DNA from: Malacoraja senta
Lineage: Eukaryota
Reading direction: 5' to 3'
NCBI GenBank assembly: GCA_038087875.1
Contig: JAXLNO010000517.1
Span: forward strand, 310,001 to 360,782
Length of the DNA stretch: 50,782 nt
In this document: positions 39,817-50,782 of the stretch, piece by piece
Layout: each line of letters opens with the position of its first letter
How positions within the stretch are numbered: position 1 is the first letter of the stretch
Program-made: the position numbers and the translations under genes
Notes under the pieces: generated by a model
Told to the model about the DNA's origin: nothing
What the model saw: the letters and a program-made list of their open reading frames with translations, nothing else
Databases searched by the model: none

Positions 39817-39947
39817 CTCAATGAAAACGCCGTAGAACGGTCATGGGCTCATGGGTACATTTTTTGCGCCATTTTGGGAATAAAATATATGAGGGTTTTT
39901 TTGAATGGGCATCTGGCATGGCGTCCACATCTACACTCGTAGTCAAT

Positions 39948-40770
39948 ACAAGTCAAGTCAAGTTTATTCGTCACATACACATACGAGATGTGCAGTGAAA
40001 TGAAACGTGGCAATGCTCGCGGACTTTGTGCAAAAAGACAAACAAACAAACAAACTACAAACAGAATGGAATAGAATCACATATTCTTTTACATATTAAA
40101 TATTGTGGGTGGAAGGAAAAAGGGGAAAAAAAACGGGGGGGAAAAACAGCAATTTTAAAAAAACAGTAGAGTGGTTCAGTAAAGTTAGTCCCTGGTGAGA
40201 TAGGAGTTTACAGTCCGAATGGTCTCTGGGAAGAAACTCTTTCTCAACCTCTCCGTTCTCACAGCATGGCAACGGAGGCGTTTGCCTGACCGTAGCAGCT
40301 GAAACAGTCCGTTGCAGGGGTGGAAGGGGTCTCCCATGATCTTATTGGCTCTGGAGTTGCACCTCCTGGTGTATAGTTCCTGCAGAGGGGCGAGTGTAGT
40401 TTCCATTGTGCGTTCGGCCGAACGCACTACTCTCTGTAGAGCCTTCTTGTCCTGGGCAGAGCAGTTCCCAAACCAGATTGTAATATTTCCGGACAAGATG
40501 CTTTCCACAGCTTGCTGAGTAAAAGCACTGGAGGATCCTCGGAGACACTCTGAATTTCCTCAATTGCCTGAGATGGTAAAGGCGCTGCCTTGCCTTACTC
40601 ACGAGTGCTGCAGCGTGTGTTGTCCATGTCATATCCTCAGAGATGTGGACTCCCAGCTATTTAAAACAGCTCACCCTATCCACAGTATCCCCATTTATCC
40701 TCAATGGTGTGTACGTCCTCGGATGATGTGCCCTCCTAAAGTCCACGATCAACTCCTACATTTTTTTGAT
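39948..40770 (-). mobile_element. Rex/Babar-like LINE 3' part
   Basis: KARQRLYHLRQLRK, ESILSGNITIWFG, DPFHP..LF..LRSGKR motifs; (GACTT)n tail. Confidence 0.88.
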
Positions 40771-40933
40771 GTTCTGATGGTTAACCAGATGGTTAACCAT
40801 GGTTAACCAGAATGGTTTAAAAACAAGGAACTGCAGATGCTGTTTACAAAAAGGGACACAAAATGATGGAGTAACACAGCGGGACAGGGAGCATCTTTCC
40901 TTCCAGCATTTTGTGTCTACCTAAACAGCGCTT

Positions 40934-41225
40934 ATCTACGTGGTGGTGTGCCAGCAGGCTGGAGGAGTGGACAAAGGCCTTGCCACAGAGCGGGTAGGTG
41001 AAGGGGTGCTGGCCGGTGTGGACTCGCTGGTGCTCCAGCAGGTGGTCAAGGCGGGTGAAGCCCTTAACACAGGACAGGCAGGGGGAGGGATGCTCACCGC
41101 TGTGGGTACGCCGGTGTTGCCACAGGCTGGACATGCCAGTGAAACCCTTGCCACACTCAGCACACACAAAGGGTCTCTTTCCGGTGTGTATCCGCTGGTG
41201 CTCCCGCAGCCCCCATGCTCTCTTC
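40934..41225 (-). pseudogene. Out-of-frame continuation of the zinc-finger array (~3.5 more fingers)
   Basis: GLREHQRIHTGKRPFVCAECGKGF...CLSCVKGF...LCGKAF...H in the frame of ORF 40844-41665. Confidence 0.75.
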
Positions 41226-42281
41226 TCACAAGAGCAGCTGCTCGCCGGCATGGGCCCGCCGGTGCTGCCGCAACCCCCGCGAGCTGTCAAAATGCTCACC
41301 GCAGTATGTGCAGTCGTAGGGCTGGCCACTGATGTGCACGTGCTGGTGAGACAGGGTGTGGGAGGCCATGGCAATGCGCTGTCTACACACCGGGCTGGGG
41401 ATGGGACGGTCGCCGGCGTGCACCCGCTGGTGGGACAGCAGCTTGTAGGAGCAGATGAAGCCCTTGCTGCACTGGGTGCAGGTGTAGGGGCGCTCCCCGG
41501 TGTGGGTGCGCTGGTGCTCCAGCAGGCTGTGGGACCGAGTGAAGCCCTTGCCGCACTGGGCGCACGTGTAGGGGCGCTCACCGGTGTGGGTGCGCTGGTG
41601 CACCAGCAGGGCGTTGGACTGGGTGAAGCCCTTGCCGCACTGGGCACAGGTGTAGGGGCGCTCACCGGTGTGGGTGCGCTGGTGCACCAGCAGGCTGTGG
41701 GATCGAGTGAAGCCCTTGCTGCACTGGGCGCAGTTATAGGGACGCTCGCCAGTGTGGGTGCGCTGGTGCTCCAGCAGGTTCCTTGCGCGGATGAAGCCCT
41801 TGCCGCAGGAGCTGCAAGTGTAGGGCCGCTCCCCGGTGTGCAGGCGCCTGTGCTCCTTCAGGTACATGGACGACATGAAGCCTTTGCCACAGTCGGAGCA
41901 GGTGAAGGGCCGCTCACTGCTGTGCACCCGCTGGTGCTGCCGTAGCCCCGAAAACCAGGCAAAGCTCTTGCCGCAGGTGGAGCAGCAATAGGGCTTCTCG
42001 CCCGTGTGCACCTGCCGGTGCATCTTTAGGTGATTCTCCATCTTGAAGCTCTTGCCGCAGTCAGAGCAGGGGAATGGCCTCTCGCCAGAGTGCACGCGGG
42101 TGTGCTGCAGCAGGTGGTCGTAGCGAGTGAAGCTCTTTCCGCATTCCGAGTAGTCGAAGGGGCGTTCTCCCGTGTGAACCCGCCGGTGGATCTCCAGCTC
42201 GCTCGGGCCCCGCCAGGCTTTGCCACACACGTCGCACACATAACGCTTCTCCTTGTTGTGCCCCGTAATGTGGTCCTCCAT
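41226..42281 (-). CDS. Multi-C2H2 zinc-finger protein (12 finger units, 2 degenerate); possible pseudogene
   Basis: Tandem CxxC-x12-H-x3-H units with TGERP linkers; no effector domain visible. Confidence 0.85.
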   Translation of the reverse strand: MEDHITGHNKEKRYVCDVCGKAWRGPSELEIHRRVHTGERPFDYSECGKSFTRYDHLLQHTRVHSGERPFPCSDCGKSFKMENHLKMHRQVHTGEKPYCCSTCGKSFAWFSGLRQHQRVHSSERPFTCSDCGKGFMSSMYLKEHRRLHTGERPYTCSSCGKGFIRARNLLEHQRTHTGERPYNCAQCSKGFTRSHSLLVHQRTHTGERPYTCAQCGKGFTQSNALLVHQRTHTGERPYTCAQCGKGFTRSHSLLEHQRTHTGERPYTCTQCSKGFICSYKLLSHQRVHAGDRPIPSPVCRQRIAMASHTLSHQHVHISGQPYDCTYCGEHFDSSRGLRQHRRAHAGEQLLL

Positions 42282-42415
42282 CGAAGCTCAACCCCCTCGA
42301 AGCTTTGTCCGCACACCGAGCAGATGGGGGGGGGGGGGGGCTCACGGGCACCCTGGCCGCCCTCAATGGCCGCTCACGTCCCCGTCTTTCCTTCCACAGC
42401 AACGGCTCCTAAACC

Positions 42416-42447
42416 CTGCAGGAGGGGAACACAGAGGGTCAACAAGT
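42416..42447 (-). promoter_or_regulatory. Splice acceptor of the zinc-finger exon
   Basis: Minus strand ttgac-cctctgtgttccccctcctgcag|g: branch-like motif, polypyrimidine tract, CAG. Confidence 0.6.
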
Positions 42448-42517
42448 TGGCAAACAGGACATTACTAGCACATATTGGGTGCGTTTATGGTGGAGGAAAC
42501 CGTTATATAATTCTGCA

Positions 42518-42615
42518 CGGCACAGTGTCGCAGCGGTACAGTTGCTGCCTCACCGCCAGAGACCGGGCTCGATCCTGACTACGGGTGCTGTCTGTGTGGA
42601 GTTTGTATGTTCTCT
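42518..42615 (+). mobile_element. V-SINE 5' fragment
   Basis: tRNA-like head plus tgctgtctgtgtggagtttg. Confidence 0.75.
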
Positions 42616-42764
42616 GTGTCTCTGTCTGTTTCTCTGTATCTTTCTTTGTGTCAGTCTCTCTCTCTTTCTCTCTCTCTCTTTCTCTCTTTCTCTATCTCTC
42701 ACTTGTCTCTCTGTCTCTATCTCTCTCTGTCTCTCTCTCTCCCCCCCTCTCTCTCTCTCTCTGT

Positions 42765-43699
42765 GTATTGAGTCTAGAAGTCGGGAGGTCACGTTGCAGT
42801 TGTACAAGACGTTGGTGAGGTTGCATTTAGAGCGTTGCGTTCAGTTCTGGGCACCGTGTTAAAGGAAATATGTCGTTGAGCTTGGAAAGGGTGCGGAGAA
42901 GATTTACGAGGATGTTGCCGGGACACGTGGGGCCTGAGCTACAGGGAGAGGTTGGGGAAGGCTGGGACTCTATTCCTTGGAGCGCAGGAGGATGAGGGGT
43001 GATCTTATAGAGGTGTACAAAATCACCAGAGGATTAGATCGGGGAGACGCTACTCTTCCCCTGAGTAGGGGAATCGAGGACCCGAGGACATGTGTTCAAG
43101 GTGAGTGAGGCGGGGGTGGGAATATTGAATAGGAATCTGAGTGGCAACTTTTCCACACAGAGGGTGGTGGGTGTATGGAGGTAGTTAAGGCTGGGATTAT
43201 CGCAACACTGGGACAGGTACATGGATAGGATAAGTTTAGAGGGATTTGGGCCAAATGCTGGCAGGTGGTTCTTGTGTAGATAGGGCATGTTGGTCGGGGT
43301 GGGACTAGTGTAGATGGAGCATGTTGGTCGGGGTGGTTCTAGTGTAGATGAAGCTTGTTGGTCGGGGTGGGACTAGTGTAGATGGTGCATGTTGGTCGGG
43401 GTGGGACTAGTGTAGATGGGGCATGTTGGTCGGGGTGGGACTAGTGTAGATGGGGCATGTTGGTCGGGGTGGGACTAGTGTAGATGGGGCATGTTGGTCG
43501 GGGGGGGACTAGTGTAGATGGGGCATGTTGGTCGGGGTGGGACTAGTGTAGATGGGGCATGTTGGTCGGGGTGGGACTAGTGTAGATGGGGCATGTTGGT
43601 CGGGTGGGACTAGTGTAGATGGGGCATGTTGGTCGGGGGGGGAAGAGTGTAGATGGGGTGTGTTGGCCGGTGTGGGCAAGTGGGCTGAAGGGCCTGTTT

Positions 43700-43700
<1 letters not shown>
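42765..43700 (+). mobile_element. Older CR1 3' fragment
   Basis: IESRSREVTLQLYKTLVR..LE.CVQFW, RGDLIEVYKI motifs. Confidence 0.8.
43280..43670 (+). repeat. ~34-bp minisatellite (ggactagtgtagatggggcatgttggtcggggtg), ~11 units, within the CR1 3' UTR
   Basis: Read directly from sequence. Confidence 0.95.
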
Positions 43701-44374
<674 letters not shown>

Positions 44375-44553
44375 TTTGGCGGTCAAGTTGCAACATACAG
44401 GTTTAACAGACACATCTGGCCACATCGGTGGTCAGCGCTGAACTAACGCGAGCAGGGAAAAACGCGCGAAAACAACAGCCCCTCCCGAGTCACATGACCG
44501 CTGCTTCCGAACGCCGGGTTCGATATCTGCTTGCGCTAGGTGGCGCCGCTACA
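44375..44553 (-). mobile_element. Solo LTR related to the Gypsy LTR at 39070-39291
   Basis: Shared tctggccacatcg.tggtcagcgctgaact and cagcccctccc.agtcac.tgaccg blocks; same TGTAGCG...CGCCAAA ends. Confidence 0.85.
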
Positions 44554-44866
44554 AGGGGGAGAGAGGGGAGAAGGGGGAGATAATAGAGAGAGAGAGGGGG
44601 TAGGTATTTTGGAGGGTTTTGAGGAATGTTGGACTCCTTTCCTCTCTCCCTCCCTCTCTCCTTCCCTCTATCCCTCCTTCCCTCTGTGTGTGTGTGTGTG
44701 TCAGAGAGCGAAAGGGGGGGGGGAGGGAGAGAGAGGAGAGAGAGAGAGAGGGAGGGAGAGAGAGGGAGGGTGCGAGAGGGATGAGGGAGAGGGAGAGAGA
44801 GAGAGAGGGAGGGAGAGAGAGGGAGGGGAGAGGAAGAGAGAAGTATTCACCTTTCCTTCCCTCTCT

Positions 44867-45156
44867 GGTGTCACGGTTACCCAGCGGTAGAGACCCGGGT
44901 TCCTTCCAGACCATGGGTGCTGTCTGTGTGGAGTTTGCACGTTCTCCCTCCGTGAGCTGCATGGGATTTCTCCGGACGCTCCGGATTTCTACCACAATCC
45001 AAAGACGTGCGGGTTTGTGGGTTAATTGGCTCGGTGTAAATGTAAACATTGTCCCTGGTGGGTGTAGGATAGTGTTAGTGTGCGGGGATCGCTGGTCGGC
45101 ATGGACTTGGTGGGCCGAAGGGCCTGTTTCCGCGCTGTATCTCCAAACTAAACTAG
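44867..45156 (+). mobile_element. HE1-like V-SINE (a second SINE tail follows, split at 45173/45858)
   Basis: V-domain and CR1-like tail with (AAACT)n. Confidence 0.85.
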
Positions 45157-45173
45157 TGTGTGAACAGGCGATC

Positions 45174-45857
45174 AGGGTGGTAGGGTGAATAGGGTGGTAA
45201 AGAAAGCTTTTGGTGTGCTGGCTTTTATAAATCAGAGCATTGAGTATAGAAGTTGGGATGTAATGTTAAAATTGTACAAGGCATTGGTGAGGCCAATTCT
45301 GGAGTATGGAGTACAATTTTGGTCGCCTAATTATAGGAAGGATGTCAACAAAATAGAGAGAGTACAGAGGAGATTTACTAGAATGTTGCCTGGGTTTCAG
45401 CAACTAAGTTACAGAGAAAGGTTGAACAAGTTAGGGCTTTATTCTTTGGAGCGCAGAAGGTTAAGGGGGGACTTGATAGAGATCTTTAAAATTATGAGCG
45501 GGTTAGACAGAGTTGACGTGGATAAGCTTTTCCCATTGAGAGTAGGGAAGATTCAAACAAGGGGACATGACTTGAGAATTAAGGGACAGAAGTTTAGGGG
45601 TAACATGAGGGGGAACTTCTTTACTCAGAGAGTGGTGGCTGTGTGGAATGAGCTTCCAGTGAAGGTGGTGGAGGCAGGTTCGTTTTTATCATTTAAAAAT
45701 GAATTGGATAGTTATATGGACGGGAAAGGAATGGAGGGTTATGGTCTGAGCGCAGGTAGATGGGACTAGGGGAGAATAAGTGTTCGGCACGGACTAGAAG
45801 GGTCGAGATGGCCTGTTTCCGTGCTGTAATTGTTATACATGGTTATTATATGGTTAT
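45174..45857 (+). mobile_element. CR1 family B 3' fragment
   Basis: ORF 45185-45769 is nearly identical to 29586-30030; TTATATGG tail; flanked by gatc. Confidence 0.93.
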
Positions 45858-46134
45858 GATCGCTGGTCGGCACAGACTCGGTGGGCCGAAGGGCCTGTTT
45901 CCGCGCCGTGTCTCCAAACTAAACTGGACTAAACTGGTTGAAGAACATATTTCAAACATCAAGGTGTCCACAAAGTGTTAAAGATGTTTTCATTTTATTT
46001 GGAAAGACCACTAAAGAAAACGGAGAAAGAGTTGAGTATTGGAGCAATGAGGTCCTTCTGCAGTTGTACAGGGCCCTAGTGAGACCACAGCTGGAGTATT
46101 GTGTGACCGCACACACGCACGCCCTCCACGTGCA

Positions 46135-47192
46135 AAGAGTAGGAGTAAACGGGTCCTTTTCACAATGGCAGGCAGTGACTAGTGGGGTACCGCAAGGCTC
46201 AGGGCTGGGACCCCAGCTATTTACAATTTATATTAATGAACTGGACGAGGGAATTGGATGCAACATCTCCAAGTTTGCGGATGACACTAAGCTGGGGGGC
46301 AGTGTTAGCTGTGAGGAGGATGCTAGGAGGCTGCAAGGTGACTTGGATAGGCTGGGTGAGTGGGCAAATGTTTGGCAGATGCAGTATTATGTGGATAAAT
46401 GTGAGTTTATCCACTGGGGGCAAACTGGGGACTATTATCTAAATGGTGGCCGATTAGGAAAAGGGGAGATGCAACGAGACCTGGGTGTCATGGTACACCA
46501 GTCATTGAAAGTAGGCATGCAGGTGCAGCAGGCAGTGAAGAAAGCGAATGGTATGTTAGCATTCATAGCAAAAGGATTTGAGTATAGGAGCAGGGGGGTT
46601 CTACTGCAGTTGTACAGGGTCTTGGTGAGACCACACCTGGAGTATTGCATACAGTTTTGGTCTCCAAATCTGAGGAAATACATTCTTGCCATAGAGGGAG
46701 TGCAGAGAAGGTTCACCAGACTGATTCCTGGGATGTCAGGACTTTCATATGAAGAAAGACTGGATAGACTCGGCTTGTACTCGCTAGAATTTAGAAGATT
46801 GAGAGGGGATCTTATAGAAACTTACAACATTCTTAAGGGGTTGGACTGGCTAGATGCAGGAAGATTGTTCCCGATGTTGGGGAAGTCCAGGACAAGGGGT
46901 CACAGTTTAAGGATTAAGGGGAAATCTTTTAGACCGAGATGAGAAAAACATTTATCACACAGAGAGTGGTGAATCTCTGGAACTCTCTGCCACAGAAGGT
47001 AGTTGAGGCCAGTTCATCGGCTATATTTAAGAGGGAGCTAGATGTGGCCCTTGTGGCTAAAGGGATCAGGGGGTATGGAGAGAAAGCAGGTACAGGATAC
47101 CGAGTTGGATGATCAGCCATGATCATATTGAATTGGCGGTGCAGGCTCGAAGGGCCGAATGGCCTACTCCTGCACCTATTTTCTGTTTCTAT
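46135..47192 (+). mobile_element. CR1 family A 3' fragment
   Basis: GVPQGS, KFADD, RPHLEYC motifs; tail as at 28861. Confidence 0.92.
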
Positions 47193-47249
47193 GTGCGCAC
47201 GCACGAACGCCACCATTCTGAAGTTAACTAACGATTGAATTTAATAGGT

Positions 47250-47346
47250 GGTAGACACAAATGCTGGAGAAACTCAGCGGGTGAGGCAGCATCTATGGAG
47301 CAAAGGAAATAGGTAACGTTTGGGGCCGAGACCCTTCTTCAGACGC
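47250..47346 (-). mobile_element. Penelope pseudo-LTR fragment with hammerhead-like motif
   Basis: Minus strand CTGAAGA-a-gggtctcggccc-caaacgtt. Confidence 0.65.
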
Positions 47347-48204
47347 TGGGGTCAAACTTGCAAATCTGCTCCAAAGTGAAACTGTGATTCTTTCAATTTC
47401 TCCCTCTCCCTCCCCTCTCCTCTCCTCTCCTCTATTTTTCCCTCTCCTCTCCCATTTCTCTCTCTCTCTCCCTCTCTCCCCTCTCCTCCCTCTCTCCCTA
47501 TCCTTTCTCTCTCTCCCTCCCTCTCCTTCCATCCCACCCACCTTCCCCCTCTTTCACTCAAATCCTCATTTTTCACTCAAATCCTTTTTCACGCAATTTC
47601 TCTTTCCCTCTCTCCCCACCCCCACCTTCCCTCCTCCCTCCTGCAGCCCACACTCCTCCATCTCTCTTCCTCTATCTCTCTCCCTCTCTCTCTTTCCCTC
47701 TCCATCTATCTCCCTCCCCTCTTACTCTCTGTCTCTCCTCTCCTCCCCTCTATCCCTCCCCTCCCCTCTCCTCTCCTCCCCTGCCCTCTATCTTTCCCTC
47801 TCCCGCTCCCCTCTTTCCTTCCCTCCCCCTCTCTCCTTTCTCTCTCTCTCTCTCTCTCTCTCCTCTCCTCTCCTCCTCTCCCACTCCTTTCTCCCCTCTC
47901 CCTCTCTCCTTTCTCTTTCACTCTCTGCCTTTCCTCTCCTCTATTTTCCCTCTCCCTCTCTCCTTCATCTCTCGCTCCCCTCTCCGCCCCCCCCTCTATC
48001 CCTCCACTTGCTCTCGCTCTCTCCCCTCCATCTCTCATTCCCTCTTCCACCTTCCCCCTCTCTTTCACTCAAATCCTCATTTTTCACTGAATTCTTAATT
48101 TTTCAATCAATTCTCATTTCTCCCTCAATTTCTCTTTCCCACCCTCCCTCCCCCAGCCTACACTGCTCTATCCCCTTCTCTCTCCTTCTCCCTCTCTCAC
48201 TCCT

Positions 48205-48420
48205 GTCTGCAACGCGGACCAGAGAGAGACAAGGGGCGGTTCCTTCTCCCTCCCTCTGACTGACGTCTCTCTCCTCCAATCGCCCGCCGCTTCCAGCCAA
48301 CTGCAAGTCCCGTCCCACCGCTCGATTGAGTGACGCCTCTCTCCGCCAATGGGGACGTCGATCAGTCAGAAGGCCGGATGTCCCGCCCCCGCCATCCCCT
48401 CTATGACGTCACCGTTGCAT
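48205..48420. promoter_or_regulatory. CpG-rich promoter-like segment
   Basis: Clustered CCAAT x2, TGACGTCA/TGACG sites, GC box cccgcccc and ETS-like ccggatgt. Confidence 0.55.
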
Positions 48421-49610
48421 TTCACATCTGAGGGGCTTTGACAGATTATTGCAATGAATTTAATGCATTTCACATCCCGGGGGGTTGCAATATCACTTTA
48501 ATGCAACGCATTTGCTGCATTTAACGTTGCAGGAGTCTGCAAAGTTATTCCAATGCGATGCATTTGTTGCATTTAACACTTTTGAGGGGTTCTGCAAGAT
48601 TAGTGCAAAGCGATTTAATGCATTGAAGTTCCTGGGGGGGGGTGGGTTGCAATATTACTTGAATGCAACGCATTTGCTGCATTTAATGTTGCAGGAGTCC
48701 TGCAAAGTTATTCCAATGCGATGCATTTGTTGCATTTAACATTTTTGAGGGGTTCTGCAAGATTAGTGCAAAACCATTTAAGATTCAAGAGAGTTTATTG
48801 TCACGTGTCCCTGATAGGACAATGAAATTCTTGCTTTGATTCAGCACAACAGAGTATAGCCGGCATAATAAATTCAGAACAGATCAGTGTGTTCATATAC
48901 CATAGAATATATATACACACACACATAAATAAGCAGATAAAGTGCAATGGGCTATTAATGTTCAGAGTTTGTATGAAGTTGTGTTTAATAGCCTGATGGC
49001 TGTGGGGAAGTAGCTATTCCTGAACCTGGATGTTGCAGATTTCAGGCTCCTGTACCTTCCACCTGATGGCAGTGGAGAGATGAGTGAGTGGCTAGGATGG
49101 TGTGTGTCCTTGATGATACTGCCAACCTTTTTGAGGCAGCGACTGCGATAGATCTCCTCGATGGTGGGGAGGTCAGAGCCGATGATGGACTGGGCAGTGT
49201 CACAACTTTCTGCAGCTTTTCCCGTTCCTGGGCGCTCAAGATGCCGAACCAAGCCACGATGCAACCGGTCAGCATGCTCTCTACTGTGCACCTGTAGCAG
49301 TTCGAGACAGTCCTCCTTGACAAACCGACTCTCCGTAATCTTCTCAGGAAGTAGAGGCGCTGATGTGCTTTCTTTATGATTGCATCAGTGTTCTGGGACC
49401 AGGAGAGATCTTGGGAAATATGCACGCCCCAGGAATTTAAAGCTCTTGACCCTCTCCACCTTCGACCCATTTAATGTATTTAACTTCCAAGTGGGGGGTG
49501 GGGGGGGGGGGTTGCAATATTACTTGAATGCAACTCATTTGCTGCATTCAACGTTGCGGGAGTGTGCAACGTTATTCCAACGCGATGCATTCATTGCATT
49601 TGACATTTGA
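48400..49610 (+). repeat. ~162-bp TGCA-rich tandem repeat, interrupted by a LINE
   Basis: ttgcaatat unit starts at 48485, 48647 and 49512. Confidence 0.85.
48782..49466 (-). mobile_element. Rex/Babar-like LINE 3' part; TSD ccatttaa
   Basis: KKAHQRLYFLRRLR, ESMLTGCIVAWFG, LPSG.RYRS motifs; TSD at 48774-48781 and 49467-49474. Confidence 0.9.
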
Positions 49611-49616
49611 GCTGTT

Positions 49617-49827
49617 TCACCCGATCTGAACCGAATGGAACGTGCCTTTTATACGCTGAAGAGAAAAGTGAAGGGGACTAGCCCCCAAAACAAGCATCAG
49701 CTTAAAGATGGCTGCAATGCAGGCCTGGCAGAGCATCACCAGAGAAGACACCCAGCAACTGGTGATGTCCATGAATCACAGACTTCAAGCAGTCATTGCA
49801 TGCAAAGGATATGCAACAAAATACTAA
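49617..49827 (+). mobile_element. Tc1-like transposase C-terminal fragment
   Basis: SPDLNRME...LKRKV, then frameshifted AWQSI...LVMSMNHRLQAVIACKGYATKY*. Confidence 0.85.
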
Positions 49828-49835
49828 ATATTACT

Positions 49836-50782
49836 ATCTAAATGGCGTCAAGTTGGGAAAAGGGGAAGTACACGGGATCTCGGGGTCCTTGTCCATCAGT
49901 CTATGAAAGTAAGCATGCAGGTAGTGCAGGCAGTGAAGAAAGCGAATGGCATGTTTGCCTTTAAAAACAAGAGGAGTTGAGTAAAGGGGCAAAGGAGGTC
50001 CTTCTGCAGATGTACAGGGCCCTAGTGAGACCACACCTGGAGTATTGTGTGCAGTTTTGGTCTCCAAATTTGAGGAAGGACATTCTTGATATTGAGGAGT
50101 GCAGCGTAAGTTTACAAGGTTAATGCCCGGGATGGCGGGACTGTCATATGCTGAGAGAATGGAGCGGCTGGGCTTGTATACTCTGGAGTTTTAGAAGGAT
50201 GAGAGGGCATCTTATTGAAACAAGGGGTTTAAGGGTTTGGACACGCTAGAGGCAGGAAACATGTTCCCGATGTTGGGGAGTCCAGAACCAGGGGCCACAG
50301 TTTAAGAATAAGGGTTAGGCCATTTAGAAAAGAGATGAGGAGAAACTTTTCCACCCATGGAGTTGTGAATCTGTGGCAAATTCGGACTGAGATGAGGAGA
50401 AACATTTTCACACAGAGAATGGTGAGTCTGTGGAATTCTCTGCCTCAGAGGGTGGTGGAGGCAGGTTCTCTGGATGCTTTCAAGAGAGAGCTAGATAGGG
50501 CTCTTAAATATAGCGGAGTCTCTTTCTTTCAATCTTTTCCTTTTCTAGTGTAAAAAAATAAATGGAGTACATTAATTGTAAGAAGATATAAATGACAAGT
50601 ACTAATGTATGTGGTTGTAATGTAATGTACTTCTAATAAAATACAATTTAAAATTTAAAAAAATTAAAAAAAGATAGCGGAGTCAGGGGATATGGGAGAA
50701 GGCAGGAACGGGGTACTGATTGGGGATGATCAGCCATGATGACATTGAATGATGGTGCTGGCTCGAAGGCCGAATGGCCTAC
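49836..50782 (+). mobile_element. CR1 3' fragment, decayed
   Basis: [13 protein letters not shown] and FTQRMVSLWNSLP motifs; 3' UTR runs to the window end. Confidence 0.9.
50521..50673 (+). mobile_element. Short L1 3' tail inserted in CR1; TSD atagcggagtc
   Basis: TSD at 50510-50520 and 50674-50684; tacttctaataaa plus A-rich tail as at 34577. Confidence 0.85.

Noticed and set aside
42518..42585. tRNA-like A/B boxes here and in other SINE heads
   Set aside because: They continue into the V-SINE body and form no cloverleaf; not tRNA genes
47384..48259. 291-aa Leu/Ser/Pro ORF and antisense Glu/Arg ORFs
   Set aside because: Translation of a polypyrimidine tract

Overview
Eukaryotic, repeat-dominated DNA, most likely from a cartilaginous fish (skate/ray). 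This is inferred from HE1-type V-SINEs, CR1 families and a ray-type C2H2 gene. Bases 1-18.3 kb are a G-poor (CACT/CT)n satellite organised as two ~8.4-8.6 kb tandem macro-units. The units carry a ~1.06 kb LTR-element-like island and, at the unit start, a 32-bp-period repeat array; the many His/Ser/Leu/Thr 'ORFs' here are artefacts. Bases 18.9-50.8 kb are a graveyard of SINEs and RTE, Rex/Babar, CR1, L1, Penelope, Helitron, Gypsy and Tc1 remnants. They include a resolvable four-level nest at 28.7-39.3 kb (Gypsy < CR1 < L1 < CR1) and Penelope-associated hammerhead-ribozyme-like motifs. The only host gene candidate is a minus-strand multi-C2H2 zinc-finger gene at ~40.9-42.4 kb, with frameshifts at both ends and a plausible CpG promoter at ~48.3 kb. 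No prokaryotic system or CRISPR array is supported.
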